From Guillardia theta CCMP2712 (Eukaryota > Protista > Cryptophyta), in the NCBI RefSeq assembly GCF_000315625.1, contig NW_005434583.1, forward strand, positions 32,032-96,031: a DNA stretch of 64,000 nucleotides. The letters run 5' to 3'. Position numbers and translations under genes: made by a program. The notes beneath the pieces were generated by a model. The model made no database searches and had not been told where the DNA came from. It worked only from the letters and a program-made list of their open reading frames with translations. Of the stretch, positions 14,060 through 29,000 are shown piece after piece. Each line of letters begins with the position of its first letter. Position 1 is the stretch's first letter.

Positions 14060-15853
14060 TCAAGCCCCTTCCAGGTTAACCACAAAGCTGCCATTGCTCG
14101 ACCGACGTTCCTCCTCTTCGTTGGATTTTCTGCTTATCCCGGCGTACTCCACAACCTCAGGAGCCATCTCGACGTTGACCATCTCCTCAAACTTCTCGAT
14201 TCGCGCAGGACCATGCTCTTCTTCCTTCTCAGCCCCTAGGAACATGGAGCCAAACCCAGGCATCCAGATGATAGGGACCAACATCCCAGTGATCATTGCC
14301 AGCCAGCCCAGCATGCAGAACGCAGGCCTTCCTCCGATCCTCACCAAGAAATTGCCTCCTAGAGCTCCTGCCGTCCCTCCTGCTCCGACAAGCCCTGCCA
14401 CCCCTCCGATGGCTGAAGGCTCGACGAAAGGTACAACAGCGAAGCAAGCGCCTTCCGTCATGTTCGTCAGGGTTGCCCAGAAGAAGAGCGCTACTAGTGC
14501 GCCTGTGATGCCACTCGAACTCTGTGTGCAACTAGCGAAGGCAAGCAGGGATGAGCCCATTGCAATGGTACACAAAAACAGGGCCCACAGACGGCCACGG
14601 ACCCCAAAGAGTTTGAACATCTCGTCAGAGACAAAGCCGCCTAGCGGTCTTGCAAAGAGGTTGCACAGACCAAATAGCGAAGCTGCCATCCCACCCTGTG
14701 CCTGAGTCAGGGTGAAAGCTTGCGAGAGGTACAAGGGCATGTTGCTGTTCACGACCAGCTCTACTCCGAAGGAAAAAGCATAACAGGCGAAGAGAATCCA
14801 ACAGTTCCAATTCTTTGCTGCTAGAACCAGAGACTTCTGTGCAATGTTGGTTGGCTCCCCTCCAGATGCCAGTATTGCTTCTTCAGTCGTTAAGTTTTTC
14901 ACGCCATCACTCTTTCCATCCTTCGCTTTCTCCTCCTTGTCCTTTCGCATGTCGCAAAAATTCCCCTCCGGGGAGTCATCCGTGAAGAACAAGATAACAA
15001 TTCCCGTGATGAACAAGAGGGAAGGAGGCCATGCAAGTGTGTACTTCCATGCTTGATTGTTCGTGTAACCTTGCGACTTGAACGATGCAAATACAGTGCC
15101 CATGATTGCAAGCGACGCCCCTCCTCCAAGGTTTCCCCATCCTGCCGAGGTTGCGTTGGCAAGACCAACCACGTTGGTATGGAACATCAGGCTAGTCCAC
15201 AGCTGGGTGAGTACAAAGGAGCCGCCCACCAGTGAGATGAAGAACCTGACAGCAAGGAGCCCTGATAAGTTGGTCACTGCCGCAGCACAGAACCCTGGTA
15301 TGGACAAGAGGATCAGCAGCACAGAGTAGGTCCTCCTCACTCCATAGCTATCAGCAATGGGCCCAATGAAAATACGGATAATCAAGGTGCCTGACACGGA
15401 CATGACATTGGACGTCGTGATGTCCGAGGCGGACAGGCCCAGCCCTCCGCACCCTGCTCCCACACGGTCGTCGTAGGGGGCACACTGCGCGCAGATCTTG
15501 TCCTTCCCGAGAGCCAAGGGATCGGGGAAGTTGATAGCACACTGCTGGCAGACAGGGGAGTCTGCGCTCAGGCAGGGAGGCTTCTTGATGGTCACCATGA
15601 GCGGTGGGATAGCAAACCACATGGTGAAGCAAATAAAGAAGGCAAACCAAGAGGCGTGGAAAGCTCTCATGTGTGGTCGCTTGAGTGACAGCAGATCAAT
15701 CTTGGTCTTCCTGCCATTGACGTATCCTGGTCCATGGTGTGCTTGTCCTGACGTATCGTGGAAGATCGCATCCTCGTGCGTATGTTGTTCCTCAGTATCC
15801 GGAGAAGCCTTGCCCTCATGTTTCGCCTGTTCACGGTCTATTCTTTGATCCAT
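14060..15853 (-). CDS. NRT2: high-affinity nitrate/nitrite transporter NRT2 (MFS, NNP family), intronless, 597 aa
   Basis: RPHMRAFHASWFAFFICFTMWF, the nitrate signature VGLANATSAGWGNLGGG, and YAFSFGVEL, NLFARPLGG, GLVGAGG; about 12 TM segments. Confidence 0.96.
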   Translation of the reverse strand: MDQRIDREQAKHEGKASPDTEEQHTHEDAIFHDTSGQAHHGPGYVNGRKTKIDLLSLKRPHMRAFHASWFAFFICFTMWFAIPPLMVTIKKPPCLSADSPVCQQCAINFPDPLALGKDKICAQCAPYDDRVGAGCGGLGLSASDITTSNVMSVSGTLIIRIFIGPIADSYGVRRTYSVLLILLSIPGFCAAAVTNLSGLLAVRFFISLVGGSFVLTQLWTSLMFHTNVVGLANATSAGWGNLGGGASLAIMGTVFASFKSQGYTNNQAWKYTLAWPPSLLFITGIVILFFTDDSPEGNFCDMRKDKEEKAKDGKSDGVKNLTTEEAILASGGEPTNIAQKSLVLAAKNWNCWILFACYAFSFGVELVVNSNMPLYLSQAFTLTQAQGGMAASLFGLCNLFARPLGGFVSDEMFKLFGVRGRLWALFLCTIAMGSSLLAFASCTQSSSGITGALVALFFWATLTNMTEGACFAVVPFVEPSAIGGVAGLVGAGGTAGALGGNFLVRIGGRPAFCMLGWLAMITGMLVPIIWMPGFGSMFLGAEKEEEHGPARIEKFEEMVNVEMAPEVVEYAGISRKSNEEEERRSSNGSFVVNLEGA

Positions 15854-17039
15854 TGTGTCTGATGTGCACTAGCTCGACTTAGTTCCAGCAAGAGATACTC
15901 TCCACACAGTCAGCTCCAATGCCTATTGCTCTTCGTTCCTTTCTGTCAATACTTGAGTGCACCCAATGCGAACGGCATCCAAATACCACTGTTTGAGTTT
16001 CCTGTTTCAGAGTTTGAAGATAAAACAACACTTGCTTGTCACTGCCGCATTCTATATCTCATATCATCAGCATCTTGTCCCTTGAATCCATCGCTCCTCT
16101 CCTTTCTGTCTTGCACTTGTTCTCCTCCTTGCTCTGTCCCCTTCGCTCCCTCCTACGTACCAGGCTCATCCCTCCAATACAGAAAGGGTTGCTCGGAGGG
16201 GGTGGGGGTACAGGAAATCGTCGATGGCAGTCGAACGACACACCTCTATGGGTGGGTAGTCAAAGACTCTCTGTGGGGTGGGTGGTATTGCTTGAGTTGT
16301 CCGCAGGAAGGGGTTTGTATATCTGATAAAACCACCGGATATTGTGGGGTAGGGTCCTCCATTATCAGGTAAACGTGGGAGAGAGGGGTAGTGACTGGAA
16401 TTGGGTGGGTGGGGTTGATGGGCTGACAGTAGGGGTACTTGTTTTAGGTGCAACGAAACACAAATAAAACACAATTTTTTTAAAAAATATTTTTGACTTA
16501 AAATAAAACCGAATAATCACTAACAGTATACAAAATCATTTAAATATATATTAAATAGCTTTTAAAAATATCTGTCTTTGTAAAAATATTCTAAACCTAT
16601 GTACACGGGGACGAACTCCGAGGGCTTAGCTGCGTCTCCCAATCTATTGAAATTTCCTACCGAAATATGACCAACGTTTCTGAAAACTGAGGCAGAAATA
16701 TCAAATTGATTTCTGATCTCATGAAATACCGGCGGGCCGCAGCTTGACTTCGGCCGGCCATGCCAGGAGTAAAACTTAGCTCAGTTATCCGCTCAAATTT
16801 TACTCACCGGTACCACCATGGCTGGGCAGCCGGGGCCCGGGCAGTCCTGACACTGAGGAAGAAGAAAAGTTGAGACGCATCATGCCTGCTGAGCAGGCTG
16901 AAGATGGAGGAAGACTCCTAGGCTCGACGCCTGGGCTTGCTCATCTGAAGGGAATCATGCTTGAGGAAAGATCCACTGCTCGAGTGCAAGGCAGTCTGAA
17001 AGGATCCTTGCTCCGTCCCTGATAGTCGTTTCGGCATCG

Positions 17040-18685
17040 ATGCCTTGTTCGATGAATCGTGTGATCGCAATGTCAGGCGTACGTGGTTTCGCGAGCAGAA
17101 TCTGGTATTTCTTCGTGCTTTGTTTGCTTTCAGGCACTGTAGGAAGAGTAGAAGTAGGACCTGGACATGGGGTGGTACTGCTCCGTTTGAGAGGAGGGCA
17201 AACGGGGTTGAACAGAACTATCGTCGTTCCGAGCAAGGAATGCCCATCCATTCGGGATGGACTGGAAGAGGCCTGCATGATTGACGAGCTCAAGCTGAAG
17301 CAAGGGGTGCACAAACTTCCCTTCTCGTACCCCATAGTATCGAGGACTGTGCATGTTAAGGGAGAGGAAGAGACTTGGATCATCGGGAGGTGGAAGGTCT
17401 CGGAAGAGGGAGGGGGAAGGTGATGTCCCATCGCGGCGATGTTCATCTGACCCTGTTGCGACGCTTGCGACAGCTTCAGTCGGCTCAAGATCGCGGAAGC
17501 TCCATCAGCCAAGGCGCCGACAACAGAAGAAGACGATTGTGATCGCATTTCCTCCTCCTGCCCTCGAGCATCACTGACTTTCAACACGACTAGTGAGCAC
17601 GTTTGACATCTCCGACTCCAAGTGGTCTTTCTACAAAGTTTGTCTGCACAATATCCAGGGAGTTGCTGTGGGTTGCAAGAGCATCGGTCGAATCAGCGCT
17701 TACCATTAGCCCTGTAATGTGCAGATCCATGGAACTTCTGCAGCCAACGTGCTTATGGACAACTGTCTAGTAGGAGGCGGTTCCCCAGAGCCCAACGGGC
17801 AGGCAAAGTGAGGGAGAGGAGAGAATGCTTGGATATCCTCATGATCGCTTCTTCTGCTTGTACATTACATTGTTTTTTCGTTCTTTGTGCTTCCCTGGTC
17901 TTTGCTGTGCACTCTTCAGTGATTGTCGTGGCAGGATCGGTATCATCATGAGCAACAGATGCCGTCTGGAGCTCAACCAGAGCACTGTTTGCCTGCCTTG
18001 CTGCTCGACTAGCATCTCACCCCTTCCCCCAGATTGCCTGGTGCGAAAACTTTGGGGTTGACATCGATGCGCAGACGCACATGCAGCTCCTGCAATGCTC
18101 CGTCAGAGAAAACAGGCGAGACTTCAAGGGGGGAGGCTGAGGATGATGTTCCAGGGCTCGGCAGGATTGGAATTCAGGTCGGCGATGGCTGTGTCGCCGA
18201 CATCCAGGAATGTGAATTCGAAAATGCCGTATGCTCGCTGAGGTAGCTTCCCGATCTTCCTTCACCATTATGTGATGTCCGAGCTTCAAACCTGGCAGGA
18301 TCGACGAGAGGGCACGTTACACGTCGCAGATCTTCCTGCGCAACAGCTCCATGGATCGGAATGTGAGTCTGAATGCCGCCCAAAGGCCAACGTGTGGAGA
18401 CATGAGGAGCAAGGAATGAGCAGAGAGCAAACAGGGAGGGCAGGGGCAGGGGCAGGGGCAGGGGCAAGGGCAGGGGCAGGTGGTGGTTGAGTGAGTTGGA
18501 GTTGGAGCTTTGCTTCAAAGTTGATACAGTGCGTTGATGGGAATTTTCAGGTCTGGTTTGGAGGGAGAAGGCCTGTCCGCAACAGGAACGACCCTGAGGA
18601 TCTGGTGAAGGAGCACATGATGAAGTGCAGCGCTGACGGCATGACAAGGTGGGAGACAGCACCTGGTCCTCGGAGAATCAGGTGA
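17040..18685 (+). CDS. signal peptide + LRLRGG + right-handed beta-helix (pectin-lyase-like) protein, multi-exon
   Basis: Hydrophobic leader IWYFFVLCLLSGTVG, LRLRGG at 17181-17198, then TIVVPSKECPSIRDGLEEAC...LKQGVH...TVHVKGEE (typical beta-helix cap). Repeats such as VLMDNCLVGG, LELNQST, MQLLQCSVRENR and ADIQECEFEN follow. The start could be 17040, 17052 or 17070. Confidence 0.6.
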
Positions 18686-18959
18686 GAGAGAAGGAGAGGG
18701 TAAGGGGAGGCGCGAGTTGGGGCAGAGGAGAGAGTCTGAGATGTGAGGAAATGGAGGGGAGCGCGAGGAGGATGATGATGAGGGAGGGAAGGGAAGAGGA
18801 TGACGAGTCAGGTTTTCCTTTGATGAGTTTGACAGGAGGACCGATCGAATGTGTACCAGTACACGGATATCTCATACAATTATATGTGAGGGGAGAAGAA
18901 TGAAGATTGATGGAGATGTTGATGTTTTGCATGATTTCTCTCAACTTGACATGGTGGCG

Positions 18960-22378
<3,419 letters not shown>

Positions 22379-22459
22379 CCTCCTCCCGCGCCTGCATGTC
22401 AGAGTCAAAGCCCTGAGCTGTCGTTTCCTTCCTCCCCTTCCCTTGTCTTCCTTCACTTC

Positions 22460-22559
22460 NNNNNNNNNNNNNNNNNNNNNNNNNNNNNNNNNNNNNNNNN
22501 NNNNNNNNNNNNNNNNNNNNNNNNNNNNNNNNNNNNNNNNNNNNNNNNNNNNNNNNNNN
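22460..22559. other. assembly gap (100 N)
   Basis: Run of N. Confidence 1.
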
Positions 22560-22673
22560 GGGAGGGAAGCGTCACAGCTTTCCTCATTTTTAATACAACG
22601 AAACAGGAAGAATCTCCTCCTCCTCCTCCTCCTCCTCCTCCTCCTCCTCCCTGCTTCCCTCCTCCTTCACATC

Positions 22674-25600
22674 TCACCCCTTGAAGCCCGGAGGCGGTTC
22701 CCACTGCGACTGCCCCGTCCTTGTGTTGTGGTAGAAGGTCAGACCGCTGTCAGGGTCCAAGTGCGCCGTCCACTCGCTCCCCTCCTTGACCTGATCCTCA
22801 GGCTCAGCGCAGTCCTCGAACTCCTCCTTCTGGCTCTCCTCCTGCGGAAACTCCCACGTCGATCTCCCCGACGCAGCATGGTGATAAAAAGTCAGCCCGG
22901 ACTCCTCGTCATGGTGAGCCGTCCACCCTGCAGGAAGTTTCTCCGCCTCCTTCTTCCCTGCCTGCTGCTGGGGCTTCGGCTGCTGCTGGGGCTGCTGGGG
23001 CTGCTGGGGCTGTGACAGCCGCTGGTCGTGGTGAGGCTTGGAAGGGAGGGGCCTTCTTGGCGGCTCCTCCCGGGCCTGGAGCGCGTGGGGGCCAGCGGAG
23101 GGCAAGGAGCCTCGTCCCGTGCTGGCGGTCTGGTTGGCTGCCTCCTCCTGCTCGCTCCTTCGCGGGGGCTTCTCCTTGTGCATGTGCTTGGCGGCCTCGA
23201 TGAGGTCAGCGTTGATCTGGTTCCTCGCCTGCATCCTCCCTGCCATGTCCAGCGCGGAGATCCATCGATCCTTCTCCTCTGCCGTTGGGGCTGCGAGCAC
23301 GAGCTTGTGCGCGCGCTTGGGGGCGTGGAAGAACTCCTGGTTGAGGAGGACGGGGCTCTTGAAGTCGATGCGGAACGCGTACTTGCCTGCTCTCGCGCTC
23401 TTGCACTCCCTCACCTCGAAGCCAGCAGGGATCGGGAACCTCGCGTCCGGCCCCGAGTGCCAGCACGACACGTTGCCATGCGCGTCTAAGTTCATCCGGA
23501 CCCTCCGCCACTTACCCTTCCCCTCCTCGAAGTCGAGCCATCCGTCCTTGGGGTTGTACTGGTTAACGTCCTCCCAGCTCTTCTCCCCCCTCTTCGCGTG
23601 CTGCTGCTGCTGCTGTTGCTGCGCCTTCGGCTCTTCCTCCCCTCGAGGCTCGAACGATGCGTCCTGTGCCCTTAGGGCCTCGAAGGCTGCCTTCCAGCTC
23701 GACTCCGACCAGCCGCACGAGGCCGCAAACTTGTCGCTTGCAAGATCCCAAAGCTGGCCCACGGGCGCCTCGTGCCCCTCGACAGCGTGCAAGAGGCGGA
23801 GGGAGTTCACCACCCAGAAGCTTCCTCGCTTCCCTCCCGTCCCCGCATCGTCCCAGACGGGCTCAGGGCGCAGGTGAGCTTGCGAGCACCAGCTCTTGGG
23901 CACGCAGCGCATGCAGTCGAGGCGCGGGGGCTGGCTGGAGGTGGAGCAGACCATTCCCATGGCAACGAAGTCCTTGGTGGGAGGGACGGCCTTCCAGACG
24001 TACACCTTGACGCTGCCGGAGCACTTGGACCATGACATCTTGAACTTGACAGGGTGCGGGAGGAAGGAGTTGAGATGCTCCTCGTCCAGCCTCGGGCTCT
24101 TCGAGAGTGTCCCAACCTGCGCGTCTAGCAGCTCGAGGGTCATCGCCTTGAACTCTGCAGGAGGTCGGTTCATCCTCGGCCTCCCGATGCCGATGGCAGC
24201 GTAGTGTCCCAGTTGCACCTCAACTACGTTCCTCTTCAGGATCGACGGGTCCCACTTGGCATGCCAGATGCTCGTCTCCTTCCTCGCCCCCGAGTAGTCG
24301 CTGTTCCACACGTGCAGCCAGTGGTCCACCGCCTTCACCCTCACCTTAATCTGCTCCAGGTCTTTCCACGAAGGCGCCAGCCGCTGCCGCGTCTCCCGCA
24401 CCTCCTGGTCAAGGTAGAGCTCGTCGATGGGCTTCGGCCTGATGTCAGAGAAGTTCATCGCCTTGCCCAGCTGGGTGGTGGCCTCGTCTGCCGACTCATC
24501 CTCCACCTCGAAGGCTGCGTTGAAGTCCGCGAACCTGATCCTCCCATCGCCGCTCTTGTCCACGAAGCGGACGATGGCGTAGATGTCGTCGGGCGTCAGG
24601 CGCATGCCCAGCCACTCCAAGCCTCCCCACAGCTCCGAGCAGCTGCAGGCAGGAGAGTCAGAGAGAGTGAGGGGAGCGAAAGGAGTCGAGGGAGTAGATG
24701 GTGAGCAGGAGAGTACAAGAAGAGAGTCAAACATCGCACGAAAGTAGGACAAAGACAAAACCAGGAAGTTGAGGAGGAGGAGGAGGAGGAGGAGGAGGAG
24801 GAGGAGGCAGGGGGATGAGCAGCAGGAGACCTGAGGAGTCCATCGCGATCGTAGTCGAAGCCTCTGAAGACATCGAAGACCTTGAGGCCGTTCCTTCGGA
24901 TCGAGCTCCTGACTGCCGTGATGATGGATAGGAACTCCAGGTGGTGATACTCGTCAGGGGTGAGGAGCAAGCGCGATACCGGGCACTCCCTCCAGTCCTT
25001 GAGTGCTCGCCTCCTGCACATGCGAACCTCGTTGAAGAACGTCTGCCTCTCCTCCCGCGAGTTGTTCTGAATCGCCCGGATGGAGGTCCCTACGATCTTG
25101 TCCTCGAAGTAGAGCTGCGAGTCGAGGAAGCGGTAGGAGGTGACAGCGGTGAGGTGCTGGAGGGGAGGAGACGGCACGAAGCCCTTGCTGGTGTCCAGCA
25201 GGATGCCGCTCATCCCCTTGGTGATCATCCTGAGCCCGACAGAGCACAAGGCTCCTTCCTCCACCAGCCGACTCCCCTGCCGCTGATGGATGATCCCTCT
25301 AAGATGCTCCGCCTCGTCCAGTGCGATCGCCACGTAGAACCTCGGGCGGTGGACGGTGTTGAAGGCCTGGCTGACCATCATCCTGTCAACGTCCGCGAAC
25401 GAGGCGCGGAAGTCGCCGGGGGGGCTAGCGCGACTCTCGGAGACCCTGTGGACGAGCTTGCTGAAGCTATCGTCGGTGAGCGTCGGGTCGACGAGCTCGG
25501 CGAAGAGGCGGAACTCGTTAAGGGAGAGGTATCCCTTCCTGTCCACGTCGAAGAGGTCGAACGTCCGCTGCAGCCTCATCCTCCTATCGGGAGAGTCGAA

Positions 25601-25985
25601 CATGATCCCTACCTCCGACGCCGCCACCTCCTTCACCTCCGACACGTCCGGGATCCACTCGAGGATCACCGTGATGTTCTTCAGCCTCCTGTGCGCGCTC
25701 ATGCACCAGACCCGGTGGAAGTGATTCTCCGACATGAGCAGGTACGGGTGGAACTGGATCGGCTTGCCGCCCTCCTTGAATCCCAAGTCCTTGTACACAT
25801 AAAAGTCCGAGCAGGGATAGAAGGCTTTCTTCATCCCTTCGCTCCCCTGCGCCAGGCTCTTGACCGGCCATGGCGTGTGGGTCTGCCTCTTCGTTGAGAA
25901 CGGAAGCTTTCCGGTCCCTGCTTGCTCCAGCTCCATCGTCTCCTCCTCCATCTCCTTCTCTTGCTCTTGCTCTTGCTCCTGTTCT

Positions 25986-26026
<41 letters not shown>

Positions 26027-29000
26027 TGCTGACAGCGTCCGCTCTTCGATGAACTCACTCTCAGGTAACTGCGCAGGCCGTTCTTCACTCTTCTCGTCCG
26101 TCCACGTGGCGATCTTTTTGATATGATTGACCTGCTCCCGCTCCTCATCTCGTTCCAGCAGGTCGTTGTTCTGACGATGCATGTCCGCTAGCCTCTCCGA
26201 GAAAGTTCTCTCACGCGGGATTTCACTCTCAATCTTATGAAAGATGAGTCAGCCGCACAGGAGGAGAGAGGAGGAGGAGGAGGAGGAGGAGGAGTAAAGG
26301 AGTGAGGAGTGAGGAGTGAGGAGTGAGGGAGAAGAAGGAGGAAGGAGGAGGACGAGCCCAGTGGAGGGAATGAGAGGACGAGAGGAGGGAGGATGCGGTG
26401 TGGGACACAAAGGGGTAGGTGGCAAGAAGACAAGAGGGGGGAGGGGTGGGGTGGGTTTCAGACCTGGAAGTCGAGCCTCTCGAGGAAGGCATCGATACAG
26501 CGAACGAGCTTCTTGTCAGAGTCTGTAGTTCCCACGTCGTTGCACCGCCACACCAGGAAGTTGAAGGCGTTCTTCCTCCACACGTTGCGCATGTTCTGCT
26601 CGCACAGCATGTTGAACTGGACCTTCTCCGACCTCATGGAGTTCACGACGAGCCATGCGGAGACTCGCTCGAGCAAGTTCAGCTTCTCCTCCTGCGACTT
26701 CTGCGACTTGACGGCCTTGAGATTGTCGTCGATCAGCTGCTGCACTTCGGGGATGACGAAAAGTTGGATCGTCTGCCCCATCCCGATCCCTCGCATCCTG
26801 TACGCCCCCTGCGCGTAGTCGCGGAAGGTCATGTCCTTGCCGAGGGTGAGGACGGCCTTGGCGTTGAGGCAGTGCTGTATGTCCATCCCTGTGGTGTGAA
26901 CCTGATCGTAGAAGGCGAACCTTCTTGCCTTGTGGATGTCGCACTGGTTCAGGGGCACTACCTTGTGCCCGTCCCTCAGCAGGATCATCTTCCTATCCAG
27001 CTCATCGAGGAACACCACTCCCTCTGCCCAGCTGAGTCCGGCCTCGATCAGATAGCTCGCCACCTCCAGGTTCGTCATGCCTGTGATCAGGGCGCCGGTG
27101 TCGATGAGCGCGTGATACTGCGGGTCCGAGCTGCTGGCGATGAGGTCGAGGAGGCTCTTGACGCTCCAAGGGGACTCGATCATCTTGGAGCTGACGACTT
27201 TGGGGTCTGTCAGCACGTGCTGCAGCTTCCCGTCTGTCCCCCGGTCGTACCGACACTTGCCGAGCTCCAGAGGAAGGAGCTCCGATGGCGTCCCTGAGAA
27301 TCCCAGGCGCCGTTTGAAGAGCATGTCGCCTCCCAGCTCCTGCCCGGACGCCGACAGCTTCATGGCCTGATGCTTGAGCACGTCGGGGAATATGGTGTTG
27401 TGCAGGTAGTTGTGGATGAGCTGGGGGAGGCGGTGGAGGAGCTTGAAGAGAGGCTCGAACTGCTCAGGGTCGTCGAAGTCTATAAGGCGCAAAGGCCAAA
27501 CTTCCACAGGGTCGCTCCTCAGCTTCCTCACCCCGGGGACTTGGAGCATCTTCTGGTGCTCCTCTCGTGCGATCCCCCGGACGACCCCCCCGGCCAGGTA
27601 GACCCACTCCACGAATTGCCTCGAGCTCGGCCTCTTGGCGAATGGCCCTTCCTCGTCGAACATGGACTGCTGCAGGTCTTTCAGCAGGCCCTTCAGCTCG
27701 TAGTGTCGGAGCCCCTCGTAGCGGAAGGCTAGGATGGTGAGCGAGATAACGATGTCGGGGTGCGCGAACTCCGAGCGCTCGCTGGGCACATCCTTGCCAA
27801 CGAAGGGGACGGCGGTGATGGAGCGAGACTTGGGGACAAGGTACTCGGCGGACTTCTCTCTCTCGATCTGCTCGAGCGAGAGCAGCCCGTAGGAGACTCG
27901 GTCGATCTTGGCGAGGACGAACGGGATAACGGAGTGAATGAGCTCGTGGCAGAGGTTGAGCATCTTGAACACCTCGTCGTCCACCTTTTCCACGTTGATC
28001 CCGATCTTGGAGAATCGCTCGCTGCCCTCGCTGCTCGACTTCTCGACCGAAAGGTAGGAGATGATATGCGCATCGTCCACCCCCGACTTCCTCTGCATCG
28101 AAAACCAGAACACGGCCCACCTGATGAGAATCGGGCGGATCTTTTCGTTGTAGAACCTTCTGCTCAGCAGCACAAGGTGCGGAGTCCGCTGCAAGACCCT
28201 CAGGCTCGTCCCTTCCTCGATGACGACTTGGATCTCGCGCAAGACCTTCTCCGCCTCAGCGCTGCCATGCAGGGGCACGCTCATGGAGCCGGAGGTGGCG
28301 TAGAAGAGGGCGTCGAGGAGGTGGTACGGGATCTCCCACCGGAACCCCTTGCCCGTGTTGGTCTCGGTGAGATCCAGCGGCTCCTTCTTCCCGATGGGGA
28401 AGTTCAGCTCCGACTTGAGGGGATGAAGGACGAGGTCGACCTCGTCCATGAGCAGGGCTCCGGAGAAGAACAGCTCGAGGATCCGCACGCACAGCTTGGC
28501 CTGCGACCTCAAGTTCCCGACGTCGAGGTTCTGGCTCGAGGAGGCCGAGGGCGAGTGGTCGAGCATGTGGAGGATCTCGATGTACTTGAGGAAGAAAGCC
28601 TTGATGTCCACCGGAGTCGTGACCACCACTGCCTTGCTGTTCCTCGCCTTCACCAGCTTCCTGTACGTGTCCATCGTGACGTTGCGGAAGCGGTCGAACT
28701 TGAAGGTGTAGACGGGTTTCCGGATGAGCGCCGAGAACCTTTCTCTCATGATGTACCGCGAAAACTCCAGCAGGGCCCTGGGGACCACCTGGACAACCAG
28801 CCGCTTCCCATCTGCGAGCATGAGAGCCAGCAGCGGGCAGACGACCGTCGTCTTCCCTGCCCCCATGATCAGCTGCTGGCACGTCGACCCTCGCTTCGGG
28901 TCAGAGACGGCAGACATGAACTCCTGCACAAGGTCGACTTGCTGGTCCCTCAGCATGACGTTATGGATATACTCGAAGACCAGGAAGCGAGGGTCGAAAC

